Of a stretch of DNA of 64,000 nucleotides, positions 39,206 to 48,617 are shown piece by piece. The notes beneath the pieces are model-generated. The model was not told the origin of the DNA. It did not search any database and saw only the letters and a program-made list of their open reading frames with translations. Position numbers and translations under genes: made by a program. Every line of letters begins with the position of its first letter. Within the stretch, counting starts at the first letter, position 1. Source of the stretch: Planctomycetota bacterium (GTDB lineage Bacteria; Planctomycetota; Planctomycetia; Planctomycetales; Planctomycetaceae). The stretch is taken from assembly GCA_027623235.1 (NCBI GenBank), contig JAQBVJ010000018.1, forward strand, positions 9,540 through 73,539, in the 5' to 3' direction.

Positions 39206-40570
39206 TTACCGGACAAACACGTTCGCAAAGACGTCGCGATACACCTGCTCGGTTGCCGGAAAGACTTCGTCAAACGTCGACTGGCCGGCGGCTCCGTGCT
39301 GGAAGCGACGCTTTTCAAAAACCGGCATGGTGATTCCCGTCACCGCCTCGACACCGCGGCGGACGACCTCGCCCTTCAGCTCGTAGAGTTTTGCGTGGTC
39401 CCAGTCAGTCAGCTCGATGAACGGAATTCCTTCCGCCACTTCGATCACATTCGGTAAGGCGAACGGGCTGAAGCCGCTGAAGTCGAAGTGGCTGGCCGGA
39501 GCGGACGTGCGGACGTGGCCGCGGCTTTGCCCGCCGGAATACGTGAGGGAGTGCTTGATCGCGTCGACGCCCCAGCCTTCGTGGTACAGCATTTGATTAT
39601 TGAGCACGCTGCGGATCGTGAGCTCCGGATTCTCCTCGATGGGATAATCTTTGAGGTTCTCGTCGCCGCCGTCTCCGTCCGCGAGGAATTTCCAGTCGGG
39701 ATACCGCTCGCGGATTCCTCGGCACAGTGAAACTGCCATCGTTGCCGATTGAACGTCGAGCGGTTTGTAATCCTCGATGATGCGGATCGTCTCGCGGAAA
39801 TCGAGCGAGCTGCGCGGCACGGAGACGACATCAAGGAACAGTCCCAGATCGACCTCATCAAGAAACCGAGCCGCCTGCTGAGCATCCGGGCTGAGCCCGC
39901 CGTCGCCCGCCTCGTCCTGAACTGAAAGCGTAAACGCCTTCAGCCGAGCCGGGCTGCTTCCGCGTTTCAGCAGCAAATGATAAAGCACCAGGAAGAGCGA
40001 GCCGCTGTCGATCCCGCCGGAAAACAACACGCCGATCGGCGCGGCGGCATCCTGCTTGTCGATCCGGTCGAGCCACTTTGAGCATTCATCCGCGAGGGCT
40101 CCGATGTAATTCCGTCCGATCTCATCGAGATCGGTGCTTTGTGAATTCCGCGGCGGATCGAAATACCGGGTCAACTGCGGATTCGGATCCGGGCACCCGA
40201 GCAGCGCGATTTCCGTAATGTGATGAGCCGGCACCATCCGCGTGTACGACGGATGAAACTGATCGGCAAGGCTCTCCTCTTTCAGCGCGGCAACGATCTC
40301 GTCCATCCGCTCCGCCACGATCAAGCACGGCCCCTCGGCACGTTTGGCGAGGAAGTAACGCATCGGCCGCCCGATCGATCGGGCCATCCTCACGATATGG
40401 CCGTTCTTGTGAAGCAGCGCGAACTGCCCGTCAATTTCCCGCACGGACGCGGCGTCGCCGGAACCAACCCGCTCGACAGCCTCGTCGTGCGACATGTTGA
40501 AAATGACATTGCCGCTCGGGTCGAGCAGATTCACAAGTCGGTCGACATAAACATGATCGTACACGGGCAT
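39206..40570 (-). CDS. Asparagine-synthase-family (AsnB / beta-lactam-synthetase-like) ATP-dependent amidoligase lacking the N-terminal Cys nucleophile
   Basis: PP-loop VLFSGGIDSGSL. AsnB-like N-domain (DGQFALL) but the protein begins MPVYDH, with no Cys2. Same strand as and downstream of the exosortase genes. Confidence 0.7.
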   Translation of the reverse strand: MPVYDHVYVDRLVNLLDPSGNVIFNMSHDEAVERVGSGDAASVREIDGQFALLHKNGHIVRMARSIGRPMRYFLAKRAEGPCLIVAERMDEIVAALKEESLADQFHPSYTRMVPAHHITEIALLGCPDPNPQLTRYFDPPRNSQSTDLDEIGRNYIGALADECSKWLDRIDKQDAAAPIGVLFSGGIDSGSLFLVLYHLLLKRGSSPARLKAFTLSVQDEAGDGGLSPDAQQAARFLDEVDLGLFLDVVSVPRSSLDFRETIRIIEDYKPLDVQSATMAVSLCRGIRERYPDWKFLADGDGGDENLKDYPIEENPELTIRSVLNNQMLYHEGWGVDAIKHSLTYSGGQSRGHVRTSAPASHFDFSGFSPFALPNVIEVAEGIPFIELTDWDHAKLYELKGEVVRRGVEAVTGITMPVFEKRRFQHGAAGQSTFDEVFPATEQVYRDVFANVFVR

Positions 40571-40761
40571 CTCCGCAAAGGACGGTCAATCAGACTCGAC
40601 GGATGATACGACTTCGGGGCGAGGGGCAAGAGGCAAGCGGCGAGAGAATTCGGATGCCGACTCGGAATTCAGTTCGATTTGCCAATCACTTCCAGGTCGT
40701 GTCGCGAGAGGCAAATGAGAGGGCGAGGCACCGTTGTCAACAGGATGGACGCAGAAGCAAG

Positions 40762-40841
40762 ATGGGTGGCTGGGGTCGAACGGAGTGAGCCCCCAGTTTT
40801 CGAAACACTGGGGCTCGCTGTCGCTCGAGCCCAGCCACCCA
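40762..40841. repeat. ~80-bp imperfect hairpin / palindrome in the EpsI-AsnB intergenic region
   Basis: Perfect outer arms ATGGGTGGCTGGG (40762-40774) and CCCAGCCACCCAT (40829-40841). Partly complementary inner arms (GAGCCCCCAG / CTGGGGCTC). Confidence 0.75.
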
Positions 40842-40929
40842 TTTTCCCGAAGGAACTCGCAGTCCATCATGTTGACAGCGATGGCCTCGCCCACCCACCA
40901 GCATGACCAGTTTCGGATTGCGACTCGAA

Positions 40930-41583
40930 CTACTTTGTCAGAAACGCGGTCCGGGCGACCGGCAGAAACTCGGCGAGAAATTCCGACGGCACGCTCTCAT
41001 CGAGTGGCCGTTCGTCGTGGTCGCGGCTCCAGGTCACGTAGAGTTTTTCGAGGAACGGTTGCCCGGCGAACGCGACTCGCGGGTTCGACGGAGAGGACCA
41101 GTCGCCGTCGTGACTCCAGCCCCAGAGGATCGCGACGCGGTCTCCGGTGATCGACGCGGGGTTCTGAAACTCCGCCAGCCGGAATCCATGCGAGTCGATC
41201 GAAGCCGGCATCGGCCCGCGGGTCATGCGGTATCCGCGAGCTCGATAGCACGCGGTCGGCGGGTGAACGGAAATCGGCCCCGGCCGGCCGCACAGCATCA
41301 GCACAGTCACGACCTCTTTCGTATCGCGGTTTCGGTAGCGCCGGAACAGGCAACCGTTCGCCTCGGCCACGGCGAGTTCCTCATCGCTCTTTGAGAGGTC
41401 TTCCAGAAGAGTCCATGATCCGAAACGGTCGGGCAGACTCTGCATCGCCGCGGTTGCCGTTTCGAGCTCGCCGGAATCGTCCCAGCGGTGAGTCCAGCGA
41501 CCGTGCACGATCGTCGATCCGGCAATCAGGACGACAGCCATCAACGGTGCGGCAAAGTGGCGGGTTAGCTTGTTCATTGACAA
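40930..41583 (-). CDS. Exosortase-associated EpsI-family protein
   Basis: N-terminal anchor, LPDRFGSWT, and ISVHPPTACYRARGY (HxPxxC-type motif). Immediately downstream of the exosortase. Confidence 0.75.
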   Translation of the reverse strand: MSMNKLTRHFAAPLMAVVLIAGSTIVHGRWTHRWDDSGELETATAAMQSLPDRFGSWTLLEDLSKSDEELAVAEANGCLFRRYRNRDTKEVVTVLMLCGRPGPISVHPPTACYRARGYRMTRGPMPASIDSHGFRLAEFQNPASITGDRVAILWGWSHDGDWSSPSNPRVAFAGQPFLEKLYVTWSRDHDERPLDESVPSEFLAEFLPVARTAFLTK

Positions 41584-41740
41584 GTCTCAGGTTCGCGTCC
41601 AGCTGCCGAAGAGGCGGCCACAAAAAGGCGCAGAAGGCACAAAAACAGGATGAGGTGTTTTCTGCTTCGCTCAGGTCTTCTCCAATGTGCGTCCAGAGGA
41701 CGCCATCGTTTTTGCGTCGTTTGTGCTCCTTTGCGGCGAC

Positions 41741-42793
41741 TCAAAAAATGCCGGCCATAGCGCGCCGATCCGGAGCGGCTTCATCACGCGACGAAGACTC
41801 CTCGACCGGCAGAAATAACACGTCGATCAGTTTCAGTTCGCCCCACAACATCAGCACTCCGAGCAGCGGCATGGCCCAGCCGAGCCAGTCGTGAAAGCTC
41901 GTGCAGAATCCATCGTCGGACACCGAAGTAAAAACGACTGCGGTGACAGTGACTCGAAAAACGTTACAGACAATCGCGATCGGAATCGCGCTGGCCAGAA
42001 TCGCAACACGGTCGAACCGGCCTCGCTCAACGATCATCGCGAGAGCCGTCGCCAGAGCCACAAAGACGGTCAGCATGCGCAGCCCGCTGCAGGCCTGAGC
42101 GACTCCGACGGCTGTCTCACCGATCCACACGACGTTGCCCTGCGATGAAGCGGCCAGACCGAGTGTCTGCAGCACGAACGTCGCGCATTGCGTTGCGAAA
42201 TTCTGCAGCGGCTGCAGCAGCGAGACCTCAAGCCGGTACGGCAGAGGAATCATGAAAACGAGAAACGCGATCGACGGCCAGGCGAATCGAAATGTCTTTG
42301 CGCCGAGTGTCGCCAGGCAGACACCGGCGACTGCGGGGATGAGCGAAATCCACTCCAGCCACTCGAAGTAAAACCACGCTCCCCACAACCGCATGCCGAG
42401 AGCCATCGCCAGTAGAGGCAGCCCGAGCCACGACGGTTGAAACGGCGTCGCCTCGCGCGGCGCGTCGCGCAGCCACAGCAGACCGACAGCCATCAACGGG
42501 ATCAGGAAGCCGTGCGAGTATTGCGGGTCCGTCGACCAGCGACCGTGAAAGACCGCCAGCACCGGCCAGTAAGACCACAGGAGTGCTCCACCGGCAACCG
42601 CAGCGACGATCAGGTCGGAGGACGTCGCGAACCTGTTTCGGAATCGTTCCCAGGCAGCCAGTGGAATCTGGTCGCGGCACAGCGCAAGCCGTCCGGTTAG
42701 AGTGCGTTTTTCCGAGCATAACCGGGCGGCTTGCGCCGCTCCGCTACACAGGTCGGACTTTTTCAACGGGCTGTCGGGCGAAGCGTTCGTCAT
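41741..42793 (-). CDS. Exosortase (Xrt family multi-pass membrane transpeptidase)
   Basis: WSTDPQYSHGFLIPL signature, catalytic-Cys region VAQACSGLRML, IVCNVFRVTV, multiple TM helices. Confidence 0.85.
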   Translation of the reverse strand: MTNASPDSPLKKSDLCSGAAQAARLCSEKRTLTGRLALCRDQIPLAAWERFRNRFATSSDLIVAAVAGGALLWSYWPVLAVFHGRWSTDPQYSHGFLIPLMAVGLLWLRDAPREATPFQPSWLGLPLLAMALGMRLWGAWFYFEWLEWISLIPAVAGVCLATLGAKTFRFAWPSIAFLVFMIPLPYRLEVSLLQPLQNFATQCATFVLQTLGLAASSQGNVVWIGETAVGVAQACSGLRMLTVFVALATALAMIVERGRFDRVAILASAIPIAIVCNVFRVTVTAVVFTSVSDDGFCTSFHDWLGWAMPLLGVLMLWGELKLIDVLFLPVEESSSRDEAAPDRRAMAGIF

Positions 42794-45480
42794 TTCGCAT
42801 CCTCATCCAGCCTTCGGCCACTTTTTCCCCGAGGGAGCGAGGGATCGGAAAGGGCTCGGACTTCGGTTGCCAGTTTCTGTTCCAGAGGCAGCGCGAATTC
42901 CAGTCGGAATCCCAGTTCCTCCGCTCGCCGCATTGCCTTCCGCGCGGCCTCTTTATTGTCGAGCCGCAGCTCAGCGACGGCGAGATGGAAGTACGCGTCC
43001 GGCGACGGTTCCAGCATGACCGACATTTCAAAATCCAGCCGCGCCTCTTCGTCCTCGCCCAGCGCGAGCCGCACGCAGCCGCGCGTGTCGAGCAACTGCG
43101 GGACCGAGCCGCGTTCGGTGATCGTCGCTTCGATCAGCTCCAGAGCTTCCGGCAGCCGTCGGTTCTGCATCGCCAGCAGCCAGGCAAGATTGTTCTGCAT
43201 GACCGGATGCCCGGGTGCCTCGCGGAGCACGCGGCGGTACGTCGTTTCGGCTTCGGCGTAACGCTCGGTCAAAGTGAACAGATCGGCGAGCACCAACTGC
43301 AGTTCGCCCTGCGACACGACGGACGAAGCGGTCGGCGTGAGCGACGGTTCGATGGCCGTCTGCAACGCCGCTTCGAGTCGCGCGAGTGCCGCCGCGGAGT
43401 CCGGATGAGTCTGTGCCGCGTCCAGCCACAGCACGGCGAACTCGACCGAGCTCTCGCCGAACGCGGCCTCGCAGATCGTCGTCGCTTCTTCGCCACGACC
43501 GCGCGCGACGAGGAATTCGACCAGCGCCGTTTTCGCTCGCGGATCCAGTTCGACGAGCTGCCGAAGCAGAGCCTCGGCCTGACTGAAGAGTCGTTTCGCC
43601 GGTTCCGGTCGCGCCTGCTCGATCAGTTCACCGGCCGTCTGGCAGATCGATGCCATCTCAGCCTGCCTGACAAGTCGCTCCTTCCGCGGCAGCTTGCCGA
43701 GTCGTTCTGAAACGAACCGGCTCACGCGTTGAAAATCGTTCTGAGCCCATGCGGCAAGCACTGACGATGAGACCGCCGCGTCATCCGGTTCTGCCTCGAC
43801 AATCTTTTCCAGCAGCTCCAGCGGCACATCGCGGTTTGAGTACACGACGAGTGCCAGGTCGAACAGCGAATCGGTTTGGTCGAGCCCGTTGGACTTCAGT
43901 TCGGCCTTTGCCCTGACAAGGTCGCGCTGCGCGACGGCGATCAATGCCCGCAGCCAGGCTGCCTCGCCGGGATCGACATCGGACGACTTCTTCTCCAGAA
44001 ATTTCTGCAGCGGACCCCAGTCGCGAATCTGCTCCGGCTTTCGCACCGTGCTTTCCGCTTCGAGCAGCACGAAATGCTGCAGCACGCCTTCCAGGTGCGA
44101 GAGTGATTTCAATTCCGCGACGCCCTCCGCGTGACGGTCGGTCGCGAGGAATGAGATCGCCAGCCCGAGTCGCGCCGTTTCATTGCCGGGGTTTCGTCGC
44201 AGAATGTCTTCGTAAATCGACGCGGCACCGTGCCAGTTGTCGAGCGCCTCGCAGCAGCGAGCCAGTTGCAGCCGCACGTTCTCGGCGAACGGGTTATCGT
44301 CGAGCCCCTCAGTGACGACGGCTTCCAGCGTCGACTTCGCCGTCGCATAGTTCTGCCTCTGCACAGCAATCAGTCCGGCCAGCGTCTCGCGGTAAGTTCG
44401 CCCGCCCGCCGTTTCCGGAAAGCTCGTCAGTTCGGCTTCAGCCTGATCGATCCTGTCAGTCAGAATGAACTGCTGCACGATGAGGAACGCCAGTTCGTCC
44501 CCGTCAGGAATCGCGACCAGGCCGCGTCGGAGCGTCGCGATCGCCGCATCGTGATCGCCGGCCGACTGTTGAAGATGCGCGAGGACGATGTAAAACGCCT
44601 GCGACTTCGGTCTCAGTTGAATTCCGTTTTCGACGAAGCCACGCCACTGCGTCAGAACATTCGCGGCCGCTTCGAGCTCACCGCGTCGCGCGAGCAGGTC
44701 CGCATGCTGCTCGGCGATCGGAGCGAGCTTTGCGAGCAGGCGCACGTCGTCCGGCTTCAGTTCGACGGCCGCGCTGGCAAACTGCGCGGCGGACTCAAAA
44801 TTCCGGCGATGCGACTTAAATTCGGCGAGCACCCGCAGTGTGTCGACGTCGGGCTGGCCTCCCGCTTCGAGATGGGAGACGACTTCGTCAGCCTGTCCAG
44901 GCTGTTTCAGCTCGCGATCCAGCAGCCAGGCAAGCTGCTCGTGAGCCGCCGTGTGGAGCGGCGCGGCTTCGATCGCCCTGCGGTAATCGCTGGCAGCGTC
45001 TTCGGATTCTCCGTCGGCTTCCGCGCATCGGCCGCGCAGATAAATGAGCTCGGCATTGTCCGGTGTCTTCTTCAGCAGGACGTCGAGATGCGATCGCGCG
45101 TCGTTCGCCCGGTCAATGTCCAGCGCCAGTTGAATCTGCCGCAACCGGACAGCGTCTCGACGCGGATCCTTCAACAGAATGTACTCGTGAAGTTCGTACG
45201 CTTTTTTCTTCTGGTCCCAGCCGTCGAGCAGAACTCGCGCGTAAGCCTCCCGCGCGTCGAGATCTTCCGGCGCAAAGTTGCAGTAGTGTCCCAGATGAGT
45301 CGCGGCGGCCGTCAGGTCTCCCGCTTCGAACGCCTTGAAGCCGGCCTGTTTCGCCGCGGTCGCCGACTTCGCCACCTGGTGACGATGCACGGCGTAAACG
45401 CCTCCCCCCGTCGCCAGCATGAGGACGAGCAGAACAGCGAGCACTTTGAAGTTGAGTCGGGATCGACGACGACGTGTCAT
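42790..45480 (-). CDS. PrsT-like PEP-CTERM-system TPR-repeat protein (membrane-anchored)
   Basis: 896 aa. N-terminal basic segment plus TM (RRRRSRLNFKVLAVLLVLMLATGGG), then TPR repeats throughout. Its stop overlaps the exosortase start (ATGA at 42790-42793). Confidence 0.75.
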   Translation of the reverse strand: MTRRRRSRLNFKVLAVLLVLMLATGGGVYAVHRHQVAKSATAAKQAGFKAFEAGDLTAAATHLGHYCNFAPEDLDAREAYARVLLDGWDQKKKAYELHEYILLKDPRRDAVRLRQIQLALDIDRANDARSHLDVLLKKTPDNAELIYLRGRCAEADGESEDAASDYRRAIEAAPLHTAAHEQLAWLLDRELKQPGQADEVVSHLEAGGQPDVDTLRVLAEFKSHRRNFESAAQFASAAVELKPDDVRLLAKLAPIAEQHADLLARRGELEAAANVLTQWRGFVENGIQLRPKSQAFYIVLAHLQQSAGDHDAAIATLRRGLVAIPDGDELAFLIVQQFILTDRIDQAEAELTSFPETAGGRTYRETLAGLIAVQRQNYATAKSTLEAVVTEGLDDNPFAENVRLQLARCCEALDNWHGAASIYEDILRRNPGNETARLGLAISFLATDRHAEGVAELKSLSHLEGVLQHFVLLEAESTVRKPEQIRDWGPLQKFLEKKSSDVDPGEAAWLRALIAVAQRDLVRAKAELKSNGLDQTDSLFDLALVVYSNRDVPLELLEKIVEAEPDDAAVSSSVLAAWAQNDFQRVSRFVSERLGKLPRKERLVRQAEMASICQTAGELIEQARPEPAKRLFSQAEALLRQLVELDPRAKTALVEFLVARGRGEEATTICEAAFGESSVEFAVLWLDAAQTHPDSAAALARLEAALQTAIEPSLTPTASSVVSQGELQLVLADLFTLTERYAEAETTYRRVLREAPGHPVMQNNLAWLLAMQNRRLPEALELIEATITERGSVPQLLDTRGCVRLALGEDEEARLDFEMSVMLEPSPDAYFHLAVAELRLDNKEAARKAMRRAEELGFRLEFALPLEQKLATEVRALSDPSLPRGKSGRRLDEDAK

Positions 45481-45873
45481 GACGAATCACCTGAACGGGT
45501 TCTGTGTCTTTGTCTCGGACGCCGGTATGTAACGACGAAGTTCGAGTGCAGGTCACATCGCACCGCAGGCCGGCGCGTTGTGAGGATCGCTGCCTCAAAC
45601 ATACATGCTGCCCGAAACGCAGGACTGCCTGGCTGGCGGTTTGCGGTCTCAAGTCAGGCCGGTCGCGAGAACTGCGCAGGATCGACACGTCCCGACAGAA
45701 TCCGAATGCTGAAATGCTCGCTTCCGGTCCTCGCGGGCCGGAACGTCGTCCAGCGGAGAAAACTGGAAACTTCGGGAATACCCGCTGGAAACGGCGCATC
45801 TCTTCCCCAGGCCGCGAGACTGGCGGCTTCACTTTCCTCTGACCTCACTTTCCTCTGCCCACGGAGCAACACG

Positions 45874-46134
45874 ATGCGAAATCTATTTGTACTTCCCGCC
45901 ATCGCCGGACTGGTTTTTGTCATTGGCTGCGTCGAAAAGCCGATCGAGGAAACAGGCTCGTCCACAGCGACCGCCCCGATTCAGGATCAACCGGTCGACT
46001 TCAGCGTTCAACCTGAGCCGGACGAGCCAAAGGAACTTCCAGTCACGGACGGCGCCGAATCAGAGCCACAGGCTGACGGAGCGGAGCCGCAGACCGACAC
46101 CGCTGAGCCGGCAGGCACCAGCGAAGAAAATTGA
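45874..46134 (+). CDS. Small acidic lipoprotein (86 aa)
   Basis: ATG 45874 after GGAG. MRNLFVLPAIAGLVFVIGC lipobox. The mature part is Glu/Asp/Pro-rich. Confidence 0.6.
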   Translation: MRNLFVLPAIAGLVFVIGCVEKPIEETGSSTATAPIQDQPVDFSVQPEPDEPKELPVTDGAESEPQADGAEPQTDTAEPAGTSEEN

Positions 46135-46300
46135 GAAACGCCTGAAATTCGACCAGGGCTCTGCCCGCCTGATCGTCAGGTGGGCAGAGCAGGCCGGGCG
46201 GCGTGCTCACAGAAACCGCGTCGGACACCTCACTGAATCGCTTACGAACCCGCCGGCTGGTGCGGTTCTTCACTCACGCTACTACGAACGGGGAGATGCT

Positions 46301-47929
46301 ATGCGCCCGCTCTTCGCACTGACCGCTCTTACTGCGCTGTTCGCTGTCGTCGGTTGCGGAGTCGGCTCGGTCGAGCAGTCGCCCGCGACGATTGTCGGTG
46401 AGGACGCCTCAAGCGTTCCCGCAACAGCATCCCCGGCCGAATTTTCTGATGCCGACGGAGCAGCCGGCAGTGCAAAGTTCGCAGCCGAGGGCGTCGAGAT
46501 GGAACTGCCCGCTGGAAGCGAGGCGTTTGCCGGAAGTGAATCCTCTCCCGAGCCGCGAGGAATGCGGGAGTCGATTCGAGGCGACCGTTCAAGTGAGTCT
46601 CTCGGGAGCTCACGGAAGCAGATTCAGTCCGGCACGCTGACTGCCGGCAGCCTCAATGATCACGACGGGTACGACGAATTTCTCAAGTACGTCCAGACGG
46701 CCCGACAGCGAGCCACCGGGCAGACGCTCACCGCGTTTGACGGACGCCGGATTCCGATCCGGGTCGTCGGTGCTCAGGGCCGCCCGATCGCCAACGCTCG
46801 CGTTTCGATTTCCGCGATCAATGATCAGCAGAATAGTGAGCAGTTGCGATACGGAAACAGCGAGGACCGGGTGCGGACACTGATCTCGCTTCGCACTGGC
46901 AGCGACGGCCAGACCGCGCTGGTTCCGTCGCTCGACGGAGCCGGTTCAGCAACGTCGTTTGAGATCGTCGTGACGACGGCCGAGGGGACGACGGCGACTC
47001 AGCAGGTGTCGCTCAACCAGACGCCGTGGAACGTCGAGGTTGACCATGCGGGCCGGGCGTTTCCTGGGCAGCTCGACCTGGCACTCATCATCGACACGAC
47101 CGGCAGCATGGGTGACGAGCTCGAATATCTCAAAGTCGAAATCGACAACATTGCCGCGCGGATCAGCCGGCTCTTTCCGGACGTCGACCAGCGTTACGCG
47201 TTGATCCTGTACCGCGACAACGGGGACGAGTACGTCACGCGGACTTTCGACTTCACCGGATCGATCAACGAATTTCGAACTCACCTGTCACGGCAGCAGG
47301 CGTCCGGCGGAGGCGACTATCCGGAAGCGATGCAGGAAGCTCTGCAGCAGTCGACGAAGCTGTCGTGGCGGGAAGGTTCCGCCGCACGGGTCGCGTTCCT
47401 CGTCGGTGACGCGCCGCCGCACACTCAGCACATCGACCAGACGCTCGACGCCGTGATGAATCTGCGGAAACAGGAAGTCACGCTCTTCCCCATCGCGGCC
47501 AGCGGTGCCCGGGACGAAGCGGAATACGTCATGCGGGTTTCGGCCTTCCTGACGCAGGGCCAGTACCTGTTCCTGACCGATCACTCGGGCGTCGGTAACC
47601 CTCACGCCAAACCGACCGCACCAAAATACAACGTCGAGCGGCTTGACCAGTTGATGGTGAGAATGGTCGCGACCGAGCTCGCCGGCGAACCGGTCCTCGC
47701 CCGTGACATCATCGCCGTCGAAGAATCCGGCGGCCGACTGAGCCTGCCGATCCAGCCGGTCGAACAGGCTTGCAACAGCCCGGAAATTCCGTGCGAAGTC
47801 CTACCCGTCGAGCTGAACTGCGGCCCTCCGATCGCAGCTCTGTCCGCAGTCGATGGCCGCCCCGTGTTTGGTCTGTTCTGCCTGGCCGCGCTGATGTTCT
47901 GTGAATTCCGATTCGCCCGCCGGGCATAG
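46301..47929 (+). CDS. Lipoprotein with von Willebrand factor type A (vWA) domain
   Basis: ATG 46301 after GGGAGA. LTALFAVVGC lipobox. vWA MIDAS LIIDTTGSMGDEL and VAFLVGDAPPH. C-terminal hydrophobic stretch plus RFARRA. Confidence 0.8.
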   Translation: MRPLFALTALTALFAVVGCGVGSVEQSPATIVGEDASSVPATASPAEFSDADGAAGSAKFAAEGVEMELPAGSEAFAGSESSPEPRGMRESIRGDRSSESLGSSRKQIQSGTLTAGSLNDHDGYDEFLKYVQTARQRATGQTLTAFDGRRIPIRVVGAQGRPIANARVSISAINDQQNSEQLRYGNSEDRVRTLISLRTGSDGQTALVPSLDGAGSATSFEIVVTTAEGTTATQQVSLNQTPWNVEVDHAGRAFPGQLDLALIIDTTGSMGDELEYLKVEIDNIAARISRLFPDVDQRYALILYRDNGDEYVTRTFDFTGSINEFRTHLSRQQASGGGDYPEAMQEALQQSTKLSWREGSAARVAFLVGDAPPHTQHIDQTLDAVMNLRKQEVTLFPIAASGARDEAEYVMRVSAFLTQGQYLFLTDHSGVGNPHAKPTAPKYNVERLDQLMVRMVATELAGEPVLARDIIAVEESGGRLSLPIQPVEQACNSPEIPCEVLPVELNCGPPIAALSAVDGRPVFGLFCLAALMFCEFRFARRA

Positions 47930-47981
47930 CAGCGTGTTGAAAAGTCGCGGCACGGCGCAAGCCAATGGCCCAGGAGTTGCG

Positions 47982-48617
47982 ATGAATGCCCGCGAGGGTG
48001 TCGATCACACTTCGTTTCGAATTCACAAAGAGCGTCTCATGTCCGCCTCGCCACTCCGTCTGAAAGTTGCCTCTCCCTGTTCCGCCGACTGGAGCTCGAT
48101 GGAAGGTGACGAGACGTGCCGTTTCTGCAGGCTCTGTCAGAAAAACGTCTACAACCTGGCGGGACTGAGCGATGTTGAATCGCGACAGCTCATGGAAGAT
48201 CACGACGGATCAGTCTGCGTCCGCTTTTACCAGAGAAGCGACGGGACCGTCCTGACCTCAAACTGCCCGGTCGGAGCTGCCGACGGCCGACGTCGAATCC
48301 GCAAACGAGTCACCTCGCTGGCCTTCGCCGGATTCGTCGCTGCTGGAATCTGGAACTTCGCCCGCCAGACCACCTCGTCCCAGACCACCTCGCCCCAGGC
48401 CGAGACTCCGAAGGAGCTCGTCGTCGACCGCTGGATTGAAGGCTTCCGCCAGCTGATCGGCCTGTCAGCGATGCCAGCGCCCTCAGTCCGTAGCACGGCC
48501 CCCGAAGAACTGATTATGGGCGAAATCTGTCCGCCGGGTGTTGGTCCAGGGGACGAACAGTTGCCGCCGGACACCCTCCCGGAACCAGGGGACCTGGACC
48601 TCCCTCCGAATTCGTAA
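47982..48617 (+). CDS. Cys-rich hypothetical protein (CxxW..GD..RFCxxC N-terminal motif, one TM)
   Basis: ASPCSADWSSMEGDETCRFCRLCQKNVYNL, and TM LAFAGFVAAGIW. Start at ATG 47982 (AGGAG upstream) or 48039. Confidence 0.6.
   Translation: MNAREGVDHTSFRIHKERLMSASPLRLKVASPCSADWSSMEGDETCRFCRLCQKNVYNLAGLSDVESRQLMEDHDGSVCVRFYQRSDGTVLTSNCPVGAADGRRRIRKRVTSLAFAGFVAAGIWNFARQTTSSQTTSPQAETPKELVVDRWIEGFRQLIGLSAMPAPSVRSTAPEELIMGEICPPGVGPGDEQLPPDTLPEPGDLDLPPNS

Noticed and set aside
40586-40894. 102-aa ORF between EpsI and the AsnB-like gene
   Set aside because: Its central part is the translation of the two arms of the 80-bp palindrome, and the opposite strand gives a mirror ORF. There is no SD or family signal.
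41584-41740. Lys/Ala/Gln-coding repeat-like string (AAAAAGGCGCAGAAGGCACAAAAACAGG) between the exosortase and EpsI
   Set aside because: It occurs once in the window with no clear dyad or tandem structure. It resembles dispersed intergenic motifs, but I cannot support a call.
44230-45873. Long plus-strand ORF (part of 44230..46134)
   Set aside because: Antisense to the TPR gene. Only its last 261 nt (45874..46134, from an internal ATG with an SD and a lipobox) are accepted as a real small lipoprotein gene.
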